Numbered from the stretch's first letter, positions 9,712 to 21,455 are shown. The stretch: 29,796 nt of DNA from an uncultured bacterium (GCA_965612795.1 CBFDTI010000007.1:1-29796), one strand, 5' to 3'. The notes: generated by a model not told the origin, from the sequence alone. Translations and numbers: made by a program.

Positions 9712-11352
9712 CTACTTTATAATACGTTCGTCAAGAAACTCAGGCGGTTGTTTACCCGCATACAGATAGACGGTTTTGAGTGTATTGCGGAACATCTCAT
9801 CAAACACACGTTCATCACGTGCATATTGATCGCGCCCGTACCACCAGAACCAGTCTGAACCTTCTGCTGCGTAGATGGCTTCCCATGACGCAGCGGGTAC
9901 GTTGGCCCAACTTTCCATATCTAACCTTACCCTGAGTAGATACTCCCATGCGAGGTTCTCTTCAGGTTCGCCTACCCATATGTCGAAACTTGCAGCTATC
10001 CAAGACCCTGCATGCAAGTTATACAATGTATCGCGTACGGTGAACATGCTTAGAAACTCGGTCAACGTTACAGGGGTAATCCAATCTATATTCTGTAATC
10101 TTGAATATAACTCATTTAAAAAGTCCCTACCATCGTTAGGGTAGTTCTCCCATGGGTTTTCGCCATCCAATATCACAGACACAAGTGGCGGGTATTTTGA
10201 ATCAACAAACTGCCGACGTATTGACTCAAGATTTGCTATAAAATCGTCAACTGCAGCCTGTGGATCCATACCCGAATATACAAACCCTATAGCATCGGAT
10301 AACCTCGTATCACGAAAGATAATGTAAACACTGTATGTATCACTGACTGCGATGTAGGGGCGGTACTTTTCGTGTGCTGAACAGTATCCTTTACCCAACG
10401 TACGTGCCAGTACCTGTTCGTCGGAAGCTATCCATTTTATACCGTTACGTGCAAATATGGGGATGACAGATTCCGAGACTGCACCCTCAGCGGGCCACAT
10501 GCCAGTAGGTGGGGTGCCAAAAATCTCTTTATAAAACGTGATAGCCTTACGTACCTGGGTATCAGCATCCTCGGGGTATCGAAACCCCATCCCATTGTCA
10601 CAAAGTAATGGCAATATAGGGTGATAGAATGGGGTAGTGACAAGTTCGATCTGCCCACTATCACGTAACTTTTTGTGTATCGGTAAGACTGCACGCATTA
10701 TCTCGATATGTGTGTCCATAAGTTCACGTTTGTCATGTTCGGTGAAGTTGCAACCCTTTTCGATGAGATGTCTAACCGTGACATGTTTACCAGTAGGTAG
10801 CTCAACCGTGCCATCGTAAAAAGATGGATCAACCCATGTGAGGTTAAACCATACCTGCAGGTCACGCCAATCCTGTACCGTGTAGTTGTTAAGTGTAGCT
10901 TCTACGTCTAATGAACCATCAGGTTTAAATCTGCGTTTAAGCCTTAACTCGTGATACCGTGGATACCTGTCGATCATATTTCTCCAGTTAGCGCTGAAGA
11001 AGTTCTCTGCAATGAAAAGCTTCTCACTATCTGTGAGCGCATCCGCGGGCTTTAGCGTTAACCTCATGTAGATATCGGTGGGTTTACCTGATTCGTACAT
11101 TGCGATCATATCGCGTATCTGTGATATCAGAGATGGCGTAAGGTTTATCACACAATGTACTTGCGGATACTTTTCAAGCATAGCTGCCATATCATAGTAA
11201 TCCTTAGTACAATGCAAGCGTACCCAGGGTTTAGTGTATTCACCTGTGGTAGGATCTTTGAAATAACGGGGTTGGTGTTGGTTCCATAATATCAACAGAT
11301 ATATATTGGGGTGAGACATTGCTGCGTTCATCCAGAGAAGTAATATCCACAC
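9712..11352 (-). CDS. GH57 glycoside hydrolase (amylopullulanase-like)
   Basis: WNQHQP, PWVRLH, TPFYHPILPLL, GMWPAEG (nucleophile Glu), ILDGENPWE (acid/base Asp), AEGSDWFWW. GTG 11352 (MWILLLW...) is preferred because it lies just downstream of a promoter; the track start is 11388. Confidence 0.88.
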   Translation of the reverse strand: MWILLLWMNAAMSHPNIYLLILWNQHQPRYFKDPTTGEYTKPWVRLHCTKDYYDMAAMLEKYPQVHCVINLTPSLISQIRDMIAMYESGKPTDIYMRLTLKPADALTDSEKLFIAENFFSANWRNMIDRYPRYHELRLKRRFKPDGSLDVEATLNNYTVQDWRDLQVWFNLTWVDPSFYDGTVELPTGKHVTVRHLIEKGCNFTEHDKRELMDTHIEIMRAVLPIHKKLRDSGQIELVTTPFYHPILPLLCDNGMGFRYPEDADTQVRKAITFYKEIFGTPPTGMWPAEGAVSESVIPIFARNGIKWIASDEQVLARTLGKGYCSAHEKYRPYIAVSDTYSVYIIFRDTRLSDAIGFVYSGMDPQAAVDDFIANLESIRRQFVDSKYPPLVSVILDGENPWENYPNDGRDFLNELYSRLQNIDWITPVTLTEFLSMFTVRDTLYNLHAGSWIAASFDIWVGEPEENLAWEYLLRVRLDMESWANVPAASWEAIYAAEGSDWFWWYGRDQYARDERVFDEMFRNTLKTVYLYAGKQPPEFLDERIIK

Positions 11353-11357
11353 ACCCA

Positions 11358-11385
11358 AATATAGGGTGGATGTGAAACACGTCAA
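11358..11385 (-). promoter_or_regulatory. Putative promoter of the GH57 gene (TTGACG-N16-TATATT)
   Basis: Minus strand TTGACG 11385-11380, TATATT 11363-11358, GTG 5 nt downstream. Confidence 0.55.
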
Positions 11386-11407
11386 CATTTGATTACTGTG
11401 GGATAGA

Positions 11408-11434
11408 TTGACTTAGTTGCGTCACACGTATCTT
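11408..11434 (+). promoter_or_regulatory. Putative promoter (TTGACT-N15-TATCTT) followed by AGGAGG SD
   Basis: TTGACT 11408-11413, TATCTT 11429-11434, AGGAGG 11441-11446, ATG 11451. Confidence 0.55.
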
Positions 11435-11450
11435 ACAGGAAGGAGGTATT

Positions 11451-12596
11451 ATGATAAGGAGATTGATACCCGTTTTTATTTTAGTTGTTGGATTAGTTGG
11501 TTGTAAAAAGGGTACACGATTCCCGGTAACTCATACGTTGAGTACAGAACCTATCTTCGAGATAGTCAATGTCAAACCTGACGAACAGCTCGGCATCATC
11601 GTAAGTGCAAAGCAATCGAAGGATGGCAAATACATTGCGGTGCTGGAGTTTACAAAAGGTAGGATAGCATTGTACGACGGAGAGGGTAACTTCATAAGGG
11701 AGTTTGGTCGTCCAGGGGTTGAGGCTGGCGAACTTTTACTACGAGGTGGTATGGGGAGTACCGAAGTTGAATGGGGCCCTGGAGACAGGATCTATGTGCT
11801 CGAAAGTGGGTTAAGGGTACAGATATTCGATACATTAGGTAACTCTGAACGTATCATCCCATTACCAGATAAATCCGCTATTAGCATGGCGGTACATCCA
11901 CACACCGGCAATATATATGTGACATTTGGCCCATTGTCAACAATTAGGGTGGCAGTGATATCACCTATGGGGGATGAGCTGGTACGTGTTACACGAGATG
12001 AGCCGATGCAACTCGACGATATCCTACGCGGTAAGTTGTGGGATATGATCAACGCATACGAATATGTAGCAGTGGATGACGATGGTAACTTCTATGTGTT
12101 GCGGATAGGTGATGCAAGGATCGAACAGTACGATGCTAGTGGTGATTTGCTCAAAAGTATCACATTGGATATCCGTAGGGTGAGGCTAACAAAGACGCAG
12201 ATTGATAGCATGTTGATGGGTATATCAGAGGAACAGCGTGCGTTGTTGGGTACACCACAGATACCGATGGGGTTTGGTGTATTCTATAATGATGGTAACT
12301 TATGGGTTGGGCTCAACGAATACTATAAGGGTAAGGCATGTCGTACGTTCGGTATCATAAAGGCAGCCGACCTATCCCCTGTGACGAGAATATTGCTTGA
12401 CACCACCATAGCAACCAGTTACGGCAGTATAGCGAACCCACAACGGGGTGCCGGTGTGTACGATGTGGTGGGTGATCACATCGTTATGGTGGAACCGACC
12501 CAACGGATAGAGTTGGAAGGTAAGTCACCGGAGGAGATACAGCAAGCCATGTTAGAGATGACATATAAAGTGGTGACGCTTAAATACGGGTGGTAA
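11451..12596 (+). CDS. Lipoprotein with NHL-like/six-bladed beta-propeller
   Basis: Lipobox MIRRLIPVFILVVGLVG-C; NHL-like repeats (IALYDGEGNFIREFGRPG, RIYVLE..RVQIFDTLG, VAVDDDGNFYVL..RIEQYDASG). Confidence 0.8.
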   Translation: MIRRLIPVFILVVGLVGCKKGTRFPVTHTLSTEPIFEIVNVKPDEQLGIIVSAKQSKDGKYIAVLEFTKGRIALYDGEGNFIREFGRPGVEAGELLLRGGMGSTEVEWGPGDRIYVLESGLRVQIFDTLGNSERIIPLPDKSAISMAVHPHTGNIYVTFGPLSTIRVAVISPMGDELVRVTRDEPMQLDDILRGKLWDMINAYEYVAVDDDGNFYVLRIGDARIEQYDASGDLLKSITLDIRRVRLTKTQIDSMLMGISEEQRALLGTPQIPMGFGVFYNDGNLWVGLNEYYKGKACRTFGIIKAADLSPVTRILLDTTIATSYGSIANPQRGAGVYDVVGDHIVMVEPTQRIELEGKSPEEIQQAMLEMTYKVVTLKYGW

Positions 12597-12609
12597 ATCC
12601 AGTATATAG

Positions 12610-13239
12610 CTATTGTACTATACCAAGCCAATCACGCAATAGGAACTGCATACGACCTATCAACAGCGATATACGGGCCATCACCGTGTAACCGAAGCTC
12701 GCACCAAACCCTATCATCAGAAACGTTATACCGATTTGGGCAGCTGGCTTCATTATACCACGACGTTCGGCTGAAAAGAAGAAAAACAGTAGTGTACAGA
12801 TGACACCTATCAGGATGACGACCGACCATAATCCTGTATCCCAACGGTTAAACATGGCTGGGGTGAGCATCGTACCCTGTATCTGTTTGATGATAGAAGC
12901 TTGAAGTACAGCAGGTATGGCGACACCTGAGGCCCAACCCAACGAGAAGGCTATCGGTAGACGTACGAGCCAGTTCAAACGTGGTACGAATCGCAAAAAG
13001 TAGAACAACCCCAGTATGAGCGGTATAATGTAGAGCAGGTTATGTTCCTTTACGAGTGGTATCCAAAGGTTAGGCTTTACGGCGTTATGCCAGGTTAATG
13101 CAATCCAGTATCCCATTGAAGTGCCCACGAATAGGTGTTCGGCAAACCTGTAGAACGGATTATCCTTATAGAGGAAGGAGAATATCGATAGCGTCAATAA
13201 GGCTGCAAACCATACAAGTGGATCGGGTGATACGTTCAT
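12610..13239 (-). CDS. Conserved hypothetical integral membrane protein (4th gene of the DUF6754-type operon)
   Basis: About 6 TM segments; LTLSIFSFLYKDNPFYRFAEHLFVG and GFGASFGYTVMARISLLIGR; ATGA overlap with the upstream gene. Confidence 0.85.
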   Translation of the reverse strand: MNVSPDPLVWFAALLTLSIFSFLYKDNPFYRFAEHLFVGTSMGYWIALTWHNAVKPNLWIPLVKEHNLLYIIPLILGLFYFLRFVPRLNWLVRLPIAFSLGWASGVAIPAVLQASIIKQIQGTMLTPAMFNRWDTGLWSVVILIGVICTLLFFFFSAERRGIMKPAAQIGITFLMIGFGASFGYTVMARISLLIGRMQFLLRDWLGIVQ

Positions 13240-14078
13240 CGACCCCTCCGGGTTAGAAAGTAGCCGATGTTACCAAGTACGATGAATATCATGATGACAA
13301 GGTGTGCAAGAGATTGTGAGTCCATACCTTGGCAGGCAGGTTTGAACGCTTTACTGTAGCCGTGACGCTCGACCAATGTCTCATACTCTGAAGCACCTTT
13401 GAGCCCCGCCAATAGGCCAGAGAGTTGACCAGTCTGTACGTATGGGTATGCGTCAGCTGCAGAGACTGCGGTTACACCGGTGCCTATCTTTAACCCGTAG
13501 CGGGCACCTGCGTAAGAGATCCATTCCAAGTAACCAGGTGTACCTGCAGAGAGTGATACACACATTGCTATATCACGATAGTTACGTATGGATTGCATCA
13601 TTTCAATCGAATCCAGTGGCGTACCATAATAGTCGGTAGGAAATACGCCACGGATGGATTCACCCATACCGAGCATGACTGCTGTCATACCGGATTTGTA
13701 GCCCAAGAATACGTAGTCCTTACCATAGGTTTTGTTGTATTCAGGGGCTACGGTTTGGAGTGCCATCTCACCCAACCCCGTACCGGGTGCCCATATTGCG
13801 AGTACGATCACCCTTATGTTTTTAGCAAACGCATGTCGTAATATCGCCAGCAGCATGGGGTAGAGTTCCGGCATAGCTGCAGGGTCGAAATCCACAGAGA
13901 TGAGTAATGGCTTGTCATTGGGTGGGATCTGGTCGATTGCATCGAATAGCTTTTGGGTTTCGGGCATTACGTTCACCGGTATGCCGATGGGTTTTATCAA
14001 TGGTGCGATCACCGCTATACCGAGTATGAGATATATCACACGACGGTCAATTTTAAGTAAAGCTTCACCTATACGCAT
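13236..14078 (-). CDS. Conserved hypothetical membrane-anchored protein (3rd gene of the operon)
   Basis: N-terminal TM, soluble alpha/beta core (YGKDYVFLGY, GLLAGLKGASEYE) and C-terminal TM (MDSQSLAHLVIMIFIVLGNI); TAATG overlap with the upstream gene. Confidence 0.85.
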   Translation of the reverse strand: MRIGEALLKIDRRVIYLILGIAVIAPLIKPIGIPVNVMPETQKLFDAIDQIPPNDKPLLISVDFDPAAMPELYPMLLAILRHAFAKNIRVIVLAIWAPGTGLGEMALQTVAPEYNKTYGKDYVFLGYKSGMTAVMLGMGESIRGVFPTDYYGTPLDSIEMMQSIRNYRDIAMCVSLSAGTPGYLEWISYAGARYGLKIGTGVTAVSAADAYPYVQTGQLSGLLAGLKGASEYETLVERHGYSKAFKPACQGMDSQSLAHLVIMIFIVLGNIGYFLTRRGR

Positions 14079-14698
14079 TAGCTACCTCCCAACCAGCTAC
14101 GCTCTATACCCAATATGATCTTAAGTGAAGTAGCTATCATGCCGAGTGCTACACCGAAGATTATACCACGTTTGGCAGCAAGGTTGGGTACATTGAGTAG
14201 CCAGCTGGCAAATTTGGGTAGCCCCGGCCATATGTAGTAACCAAAAGGTACCATACCTAGCATCACGATGAAAGCCGATACCAGCAACAGAGTGGCTTCA
14301 CGTGTACGTGCCCTGAATGCCCTATATGCAGCGGATGCCATGTAGAATGCGAGGATTGCGAACATCGATGCACCAAGTGGTACGATTATGTTCTCGTAGA
14401 TTGTCATAAATAATGAACCGCTCTCTATACCACCAAATAAGCCGGCACCTGCAGTTACTACAAGTGAGACAAGCGCTACTACACTGTAGGCCCAACCTTC
14501 ACGTCGATACCTTATACGTTCGGTGTGATGTGATATAAGGCTACCCGCACCAAGTACAAGTGCAAATGCAGCTATTACTATGTACCATTTGTAGGTGAGG
14601 TCGAAAAATTTGATAGATATAGGGTGTGGGATAAAAAACTGTATTATCATCAGTATGCCCATCACAAAGCATATAGCTAACGGTAATGAACGACGCAT
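14078..14698 (-). CDS. Conserved hypothetical integral membrane protein (2nd gene of the operon)
   Basis: GGAGGT SD before ATG 14698 (MRRSLPL...); about 6 TM segments; [18 protein letters not shown] and [13 protein letters not shown] motifs. Confidence 0.85.
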   Translation of the reverse strand: MRRSLPLAICFVMGILMIIQFFIPHPISIKFFDLTYKWYIVIAAFALVLGAGSLISHHTERIRYRREGWAYSVVALVSLVVTAGAGLFGGIESGSLFMTIYENIIVPLGASMFAILAFYMASAAYRAFRARTREATLLLVSAFIVMLGMVPFGYYIWPGLPKFASWLLNVPNLAAKRGIIFGVALGMIATSLKIILGIERSWLGGS

Positions 14699-14706
14699 GG
14701 TACCTC

Positions 14707-15801
14707 CTACTGAATGGAGAAAAATTTCCAAATATTAGCAAGGCCAACCAGTGATAGTACGGAAGCAATAACCAACGAACTAATGATTAGCAGTTTACCA
14801 TAATCTTGGCCTTTAAGCGATCCTAATAGGACAGGCTCACGTGATAAGTATGCGCTTGCAGCATAGAGTTCCTCACCGATGATGGTATAGTCGCAAGCAG
14901 GTATGAAGAAGGGTAGCTGATGAACCGAATCCGTACCCGCTATCTGTATAGCACCGGTGGTGGCACCTGTTTCTGCCAATATCAGTGATTCTGCCCAGAA
15001 CGTGCCAAAGAATAGGTTAGTAGCTGGACGTTCACGTACCATGGTACCACAAACGGCGGCTGCGTAACCGAACTGTTCTTGGGTGACGAAATACACGTTG
15101 TCGGGATCGAATAGATCTGATCGTCCCACACTGGTGTAAGCTTCACGTACGACTTCACGTGCTACGGTGTAGACTACGGGGTCGCGGTTTGGTACAAGTA
15201 GTGGGGTTTCATATTTGGCGGCTTTCTTGGCAACCTCACCAAGTATATTGAGCCCAGCAATAGTGCCAATATTTGCTACAGAGGCGATACCAGGTATGAA
15301 GAGTATAGGGCGTCCCATTTCGGTAGCACGACCTACAGCTTCTTCAAGTGCATCCAATCCCGCAATACGACGTATGAAGAGCAGTTTACCTCTGCGTGCA
15401 CCACGTATGAAGTACAATACGATGGAAGAGAAAAGTATCACCCCAATTAACACATTGATACGACCAGTGTTGAACCATTGGGCTGAACTCATCACGGGAG
15501 GTGTGATACCTGACGCAACACGTTCAGTATCTTTAACAGCCACTACTTGGTACCTGTACTCGATACCGTCGTTACAAGTGGCGTCAACAAACTCATTGAT
15601 ACCAGCAGGAACACTGCCCACGAGTTGCACGGTATCTGCTGATATCCGTAGTATTTCGTAGCAGGTGAGCTCAGTATCTTGTGGCGATAGTTGCCACCGT
15701 ATAATGATTGCTCTACCGGCATCGTTGGGCCGATCGTATGCTATGACGTGGGTTGGTGGTGAGATTTGTAAAATAAACACTAACCAGCTTAAAAAAGCCA
15801 T
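14707..15801 (-). CDS. Fibronectin type III-like domain plus DUF6754-like membrane protein (1st gene of the operon)
   Basis: GGAGGTG SD before ATG 15801; FN3-like segment ([30 protein letters not shown]), TM helix, then [23 protein letters not shown]...[13 protein letters not shown] and a C-terminal TM. The family name is from recall. Confidence 0.8.
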   Translation of the reverse strand: MAFLSWLVFILQISPPTHVIAYDRPNDAGRAIIIRWQLSPQDTELTCYEILRISADTVQLVGSVPAGINEFVDATCNDGIEYRYQVVAVKDTERVASGITPPVMSSAQWFNTGRINVLIGVILFSSIVLYFIRGARRGKLLFIRRIAGLDALEEAVGRATEMGRPILFIPGIASVANIGTIAGLNILGEVAKKAAKYETPLLVPNRDPVVYTVAREVVREAYTSVGRSDLFDPDNVYFVTQEQFGYAAAVCGTMVRERPATNLFFGTFWAESLILAETGATTGAIQIAGTDSVHQLPFFIPACDYTIIGEELYAASAYLSREPVLLGSLKGQDYGKLLIISSLVIASVLSLVGLANIWKFFSIQ

Positions 15802-15820
15802 AGCACCTCCAGTGATATAC

Positions 15821-15848
15821 ATCATATAAGCGGATGGGTGGTTGTCAA
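15821..15848 (-). promoter_or_regulatory. Putative promoter of the four-gene membrane operon (TTGACA-N16-TATGAT)
   Basis: Minus strand TTGACA 15848-15843, TATGAT 15826-15821. Confidence 0.65.
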
Positions 15849-15869
15849 GAAATGTGTTATCATAGATGA

Positions 15870-15896
15870 TTGACGTGTGAGTTTATTATGTATTAT
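15870..15896 (+). promoter_or_regulatory. Putative promoter of rpmF-plsX (TTGACG-N15-TATTAT)
   Basis: TTGACG 15870-15875, TATTAT 15891-15896, then GGAGG SD and ATG 15914. Confidence 0.55.
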
Positions 15897-15913
15897 TTAA
15901 CTATGGAGGGACG

Positions 15914-16090
15914 ATGGGTGTACCGAAGAAACGTAAATCCAAAAGCCGGGTAGGACATCACAGGTCACAGTGGGAACGTAGGCAAAAATTGTTACAATTG
16001 GTACCATGTCCCAACTGTGGTAGGTTGATACTACCACATCATATATGCCCTTATTGTCATCACTATAAGGGTAAAGAGATAAAGGTTTAG
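15914..16090 (+). CDS. rpmF: 50S ribosomal protein L32 (zinc-ribbon form)
   Basis: Below the ORF-track cutoff; translated by hand: MGVPKKRKSKSRVGHHRSQW...CPNCGRLILPHHICPYCHHYKGKEIKV (58 aa); canonical position upstream of plsX. Confidence 0.95.
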   Translation: MGVPKKRKSKSRVGHHRSQWERRQKLLQLVPCPNCGRLILPHHICPYCHHYKGKEIKV

Positions 16091-16094
16091 CCAT

Positions 16095-17072
16095 ATGACT
16101 AGGATCGGGCTAGACGCTATGGGGGGTGATTATGCACCCGACGTCATTATACGTGCAGTTAATGGACTTGAACCACCGCCGTTCGAACTTGTGCTCATAG
16201 GTGATGAGAATCTACTCAAAGATAAAGTTCCAACCTGGGTTAAGATCTATCACACGGAACAAGTCATCGGTATGGATGAACATCCGCTGGATGCAATCCG
16301 CAAGAAGCCCAACTCCTCAATAGTTATGGGTATGGAGTTACAGAAAAGGGGTGAACTTGATGCATTCGTAGGGTTTGGTAACTCAGGTGCTTATATGGTG
16401 GCAGCAGTTACTAAACTTGGTCGCCTGAAAGGTATCAAGCGACCTGCGTTGGCAACATTTTTCCCAACCGTCAAGGGCTATACGTTGGTACTGGATGTGG
16501 GTGCAAATGTGGATGCGGAGCCCATCCATTTCTATCAGTTTGCGATGATGGCATCCATATACTTAGAGCGTGCGTTAGGCATCGATAACCCCAGTATTGG
16601 GTTGGTATCAATGGGTGAGGAGGACATCAAAGGTGGCGAGAAGATCATGGAAGCACATAGGTTGTTGAAGCAGTCGGGGCTCAACTTCTACGGCAATATA
16701 GATGCACATCAAATACTTTATGGTGTGGTGGATATAGTTGTATGTTCAGGTGCGATAGGTAATGCTATACTGAAGTTTGGTGAAAGTTTGGTTGAGATCA
16801 TCAGCGATATATTGAGATCGAGCATCAATCGATCAATATTCACGAAACTCGCAGGTGCAATGCTGGCACCGTCACTTAAGAAGTCTTTTGGGCGGCTCAA
16901 CTACGAGCAATACGGTGGCGCTATACTGATGGGTGTGAAGGGTGTCAACGTGATAGGGCATGGACGGTCGAAAGAACCTGCAATCCAAAATGCGCTGTTC
17001 ACCGCATATAAATACGTGAAAGAAGCTGTTAACAACAGTATAGAAGAGGCTATACACAGTGTGGCTGGTTAG
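16095..17072 (+). CDS. plsX: Phosphate acyltransferase PlsX
   Basis: IGLDAMGGDYAP, RKKPNSS, GNSGA, IKRPALA, LDVGANVD, YGGAILMGV..IGHGRS. Confidence 0.96.
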   Translation: MTRIGLDAMGGDYAPDVIIRAVNGLEPPPFELVLIGDENLLKDKVPTWVKIYHTEQVIGMDEHPLDAIRKKPNSSIVMGMELQKRGELDAFVGFGNSGAYMVAAVTKLGRLKGIKRPALATFFPTVKGYTLVLDVGANVDAEPIHFYQFAMMASIYLERALGIDNPSIGLVSMGEEDIKGGEKIMEAHRLLKQSGLNFYGNIDAHQILYGVVDIVVCSGAIGNAILKFGESLVEIISDILRSSINRSIFTKLAGAMLAPSLKKSFGRLNYEQYGGAILMGVKGVNVIGHGRSKEPAIQNALFTAYKYVKEAVNNSIEEAIHSVAG

Positions 17073-18165
17073 CTTAGTACTTGTAATACAGACCTTTACG
17101 TTAGAAAAAGGTGAAACTTGGGAGTCACTGTTTCAACGTGCAGGGTTAAGTTATAGAGAGTCGTACGTATTGGCTGAATCATTGGGTAAGTTTATATCGC
17201 CTACACGACGATGGCCGGGTGAGGAGCTCGTTGTATGTAGGGATACGGCTGGCATAAAATGGATGAAGTATTTCACAAGGGATGCAGGTTATTTCATAGA
17301 TACAGGGCTTGTAGTAACCCGTATACCGGAACGCCAAATATTAACTTATATACAGGGGGTGGTGGATACAACCTCACTTTACGAGGCGGTGCTCGCACGT
17401 GGTGGTACACCTTACTTGGTGTATCAGTTTACTGAGGAGATATTTCCATGGGAGATAAACTTTCACGTTGAGGTGAGACGTGGTGATACGTTTGAAATAC
17501 TCACGTACAAACGCTATGTAGAGGATAGGTTTATCGGTTACGGTACCATACTATACGCAAGATATGGAGATAGCGAGGCATACTATTTTGAGCCATACGA
17601 TGGCTACTATGAGCCCAGTGGTAGGTCGTTACAACGTATGTTCTTACGTGCACCGTTAAGCTATGTGAGGGTAAGTTCGGGCTACACTAAGTATAGGTAT
17701 CATCCTATATTGCATGTTGTACGTCCCCATTATGGGGTGGATTACGTGGCACCATTGGGTACACCAGTACGTGCGATAGGTTCAGGTATTGTCAAGTACG
17801 TGGGGTGGCGTGGTGGTTACGGTAAGCAGGTAGTTATCAGCCATCCTAAGGGTTACGAATCGTACTATTCACATCTATCACGTTACGCTAAGGGTATAAG
17901 GAAAGGGGTGAAGGTCAAACAGGGGCAGATCATCGGCTATGTAGGGTCGACGGGGTTATCGACAGGGCCGCACCTTGACTTTAGGATAAAGCATAATGGT
18001 AGATGGATAAATCCGCTTAAGCTTAAGGTGCCACATGTGAGAATATTGAAGGGAAAATATAAATCAATGTTTACCAAACATAAGCGTGAAATAGATCTTA
18101 TACGGCGATTCTATCGCTATAGGGGGTGTCTGTGGTTGCTGGGTGAGATTGGCATCACTAAGTAA
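17059..18165 (+). CDS. M23 family metallopeptidase (MepM/OapA-like)
   Basis: RYHPIL, HYGVD (HxxxD), GYGKQV, YSHLS, VKQGQIIGYVGSTGLSTGPHLDF; GTG start overlaps the plsX end. Confidence 0.9.
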   Translation: MWLVSLVLVIQTFTLEKGETWESLFQRAGLSYRESYVLAESLGKFISPTRRWPGEELVVCRDTAGIKWMKYFTRDAGYFIDTGLVVTRIPERQILTYIQGVVDTTSLYEAVLARGGTPYLVYQFTEEIFPWEINFHVEVRRGDTFEILTYKRYVEDRFIGYGTILYARYGDSEAYYFEPYDGYYEPSGRSLQRMFLRAPLSYVRVSSGYTKYRYHPILHVVRPHYGVDYVAPLGTPVRAIGSGIVKYVGWRGGYGKQVVISHPKGYESYYSHLSRYAKGIRKGVKVKQGQIIGYVGSTGLSTGPHLDFRIKHNGRWINPLKLKVPHVRILKGKYKSMFTKHKREIDLIRRFYRYRGCLWLLGEIGITK

Positions 18166-18179
18166 CGCTAAGTTATTGG

Positions 18180-20045
18180 TCAACGCTTACGATGGTAGCG
18201 ACGTTTGAGGTATAACATCAATATTGTGGCCTCGACAGGCTTGATACCATCGATGGACATCGCCTGACGTAAGGTTAGCGGCCGTATACGGGAGAGTTTC
18301 TCACGTGATTCGGTTGATAACCCCTCTATCTTCCAATAGTCTATATCTGCAGGTATCTGCATATCCTCCAGCTGTTGTAACATCTTTATGAGTTGTTCCT
18401 CGCGTCGCCAGTAACCTTCATAATGGGCGTGAATTTCAACCTTTTCAGCAAGCTCATCCGGTAACGGTGGTACAAGTGGACGCAGATCGTTGTAACTTAT
18501 TTGTGGGCGTTTGAGTATCTGATACAAGGGGTGGGGTTCAGATATTGGGGTGACACCTTTACGCTGAAGGATGGGGTTGATTTCAGATGGCTTCACGTAA
18601 CGTGATTTAAGTAGCTCGATGGTCTGTTGGACGAGTTTGAGTTTGGATTCAAGTTCGTCTAAATCCTCTTGAGGTACCAAACCCAATTTCACTCCATAAT
18701 GCATGAGCCTATCTGCAGCATTATCTTGCCGTAATATGAGGCGATGCTCAACCCTACCTGTAAACATGCGGTAAGGTTCGGTAGTACCGCGGGTGACTAA
18801 GTCATCGATCAACACCCCTATGTAGGATTCGTGGCGTTTCAGTATAAATGGTGGTTTGCCCTGTACCTTAAGTGCGGCGTTGATACCGGCGATTAGACCC
18901 TGGGCAGCAGCTTCTTCGTAACCAGTGGTACCGTTTATCTGACCTGCAAGGTAGAGGTTTTGGATGAGCTTGGTCTCAAGTGTGGGATAGAGTTGGGTTG
19001 GACACACCACGTCGTATTCGATACCATAGGCTGGTCGTATGGGGGTGGCATGTTCGAGCCCAGGTATGTGGTGCAGTATTTCAAGTTGTACATCTTCGGG
19101 TAGCGAGGATGATAGGCCATTGAGGTAGTACTCCTGGGTGTCGAGCCCATCAGGTTCGATAAATATAAGGTGATGATCCTTGTCACGGAAGCGTACGACT
19201 TTGTCTTCGATGGATGGACAGTACCTTACGCCAGTACCTTTGATTATACCGGTGTATAAGGGGGAACGGTCGAGATTGTTGAGTATGATTTCGTGTACTT
19301 TGGGGTTGGTACGTGTGAGGTAGCATGGTACCTGGGGTGGAAAGAACTCTTTCGTCCTGTATGAGAAATGGTGCGGGTCAGGGTCGGGGTATTGAGGTTC
19401 GAGTTTATCGAAGTCAATAGTTTTGCCATCGATACGGGGGGAGGTGCCGGTTTTGAACCGCATCAATTTAAACCCCAACCCACGTAGGTTATCAGATAGC
19501 TCGGTGGCGGGTGGTTCACCTAACCTACCAGCTGGAAAATGTACCAACCCTATATGTATTAGCCCACCCAGAAACGTACCGGTTGTCAACACCACTGTGT
19601 CACCGTAGTAGCGCATACCGGTTTGGGTTTCAACACCTATTGCACGGTTGTTTTTGACCAGTATTTTGGTGACAATGTTTTGAAATATTGTGAGGTGGGG
19701 TTGCTTCTCTACGGTTTTGCGCATCTCTTGCCTGTACCGCATACGGTCGACCTGTGCACGTAATGACCATACAGCGGGACCTTTGCGGGTGTTAAGCATG
19801 CGGAAGCTGATACCTGTTTTATCGGTATTGTAGCCGATCTCGCCACCAAGTGCATCAACTTCAACCACAAGCTGGCTCTTGCCGAGCCCACCTACGGAGG
19901 GGTTGCAGCTCATCTGCCCTATTGTGTCGAGGTTTATCGTTAGAAGAAGTGTATCTACTCCCATACGTGCGGCAGCGAGTGCGGCTTCACAACCGGCGTG
20001 GCCACCACCTACGACTATGACGCCAAACCTATGTGGGTACTCCAT
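18180..20045 (-). CDS. mnmG: tRNA uridine-5-carboxymethylaminomethyl(34) synthesis enzyme MnmG (GidA)
   Basis: [68 protein letters not shown]. Confidence 0.97.
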   Translation of the reverse strand: MEYPHRFGVIVVGGGHAGCEAALAAARMGVDTLLLTINLDTIGQMSCNPSVGGLGKSQLVVEVDALGGEIGYNTDKTGISFRMLNTRKGPAVWSLRAQVDRMRYRQEMRKTVEKQPHLTIFQNIVTKILVKNNRAIGVETQTGMRYYGDTVVLTTGTFLGGLIHIGLVHFPAGRLGEPPATELSDNLRGLGFKLMRFKTGTSPRIDGKTIDFDKLEPQYPDPDPHHFSYRTKEFFPPQVPCYLTRTNPKVHEIILNNLDRSPLYTGIIKGTGVRYCPSIEDKVVRFRDKDHHLIFIEPDGLDTQEYYLNGLSSSLPEDVQLEILHHIPGLEHATPIRPAYGIEYDVVCPTQLYPTLETKLIQNLYLAGQINGTTGYEEAAAQGLIAGINAALKVQGKPPFILKRHESYIGVLIDDLVTRGTTEPYRMFTGRVEHRLILRQDNAADRLMHYGVKLGLVPQEDLDELESKLKLVQQTIELLKSRYVKPSEINPILQRKGVTPISEPHPLYQILKRPQISYNDLRPLVPPLPDELAEKVEIHAHYEGYWRREEQLIKMLQQLEDMQIPADIDYWKIEGLSTESREKLSRIRPLTLRQAMSIDGIKPVEATILMLYLKRRYHRKR

Positions 20046-20051
20046 TTATTA

Positions 20052-20078
20052 AATTTACTTGCTGGTGGGTGATGTCAA
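20052..20078 (-). promoter_or_regulatory. Putative promoter of mnmG (TTGACA-N15-TAAATT), leaderless
   Basis: Minus strand TTGACA 20078-20073, TAAATT 20057-20052, 6 nt (TAATAA) to ATG 20045; no SD. Confidence 0.6.
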
Positions 20079-20174
20079 AGATAGAATCTCCTTTATAGAG
20101 CTTCTACTTTGAGTCCAAACAACTTACCTGCGTGAGTGAGATAACCAAACCGCGAACGAAACTAACGAGATAAA

Positions 20175-21455
<1,281 letters not shown>

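Noticed and set aside
15897..16094. 65-aa minus-strand ORF between the membrane operon and plsX
   Set aside because: It is antisense to the real rpmF gene at 15914-16090.
20079..20174. Possible ftsB/divIC, small RNA or terminator after eno (GAGATAA occurs twice)
   Set aside because: No ORF of adequate length with a start, no convincing hairpin, and the repeat is too short to be meaningful.
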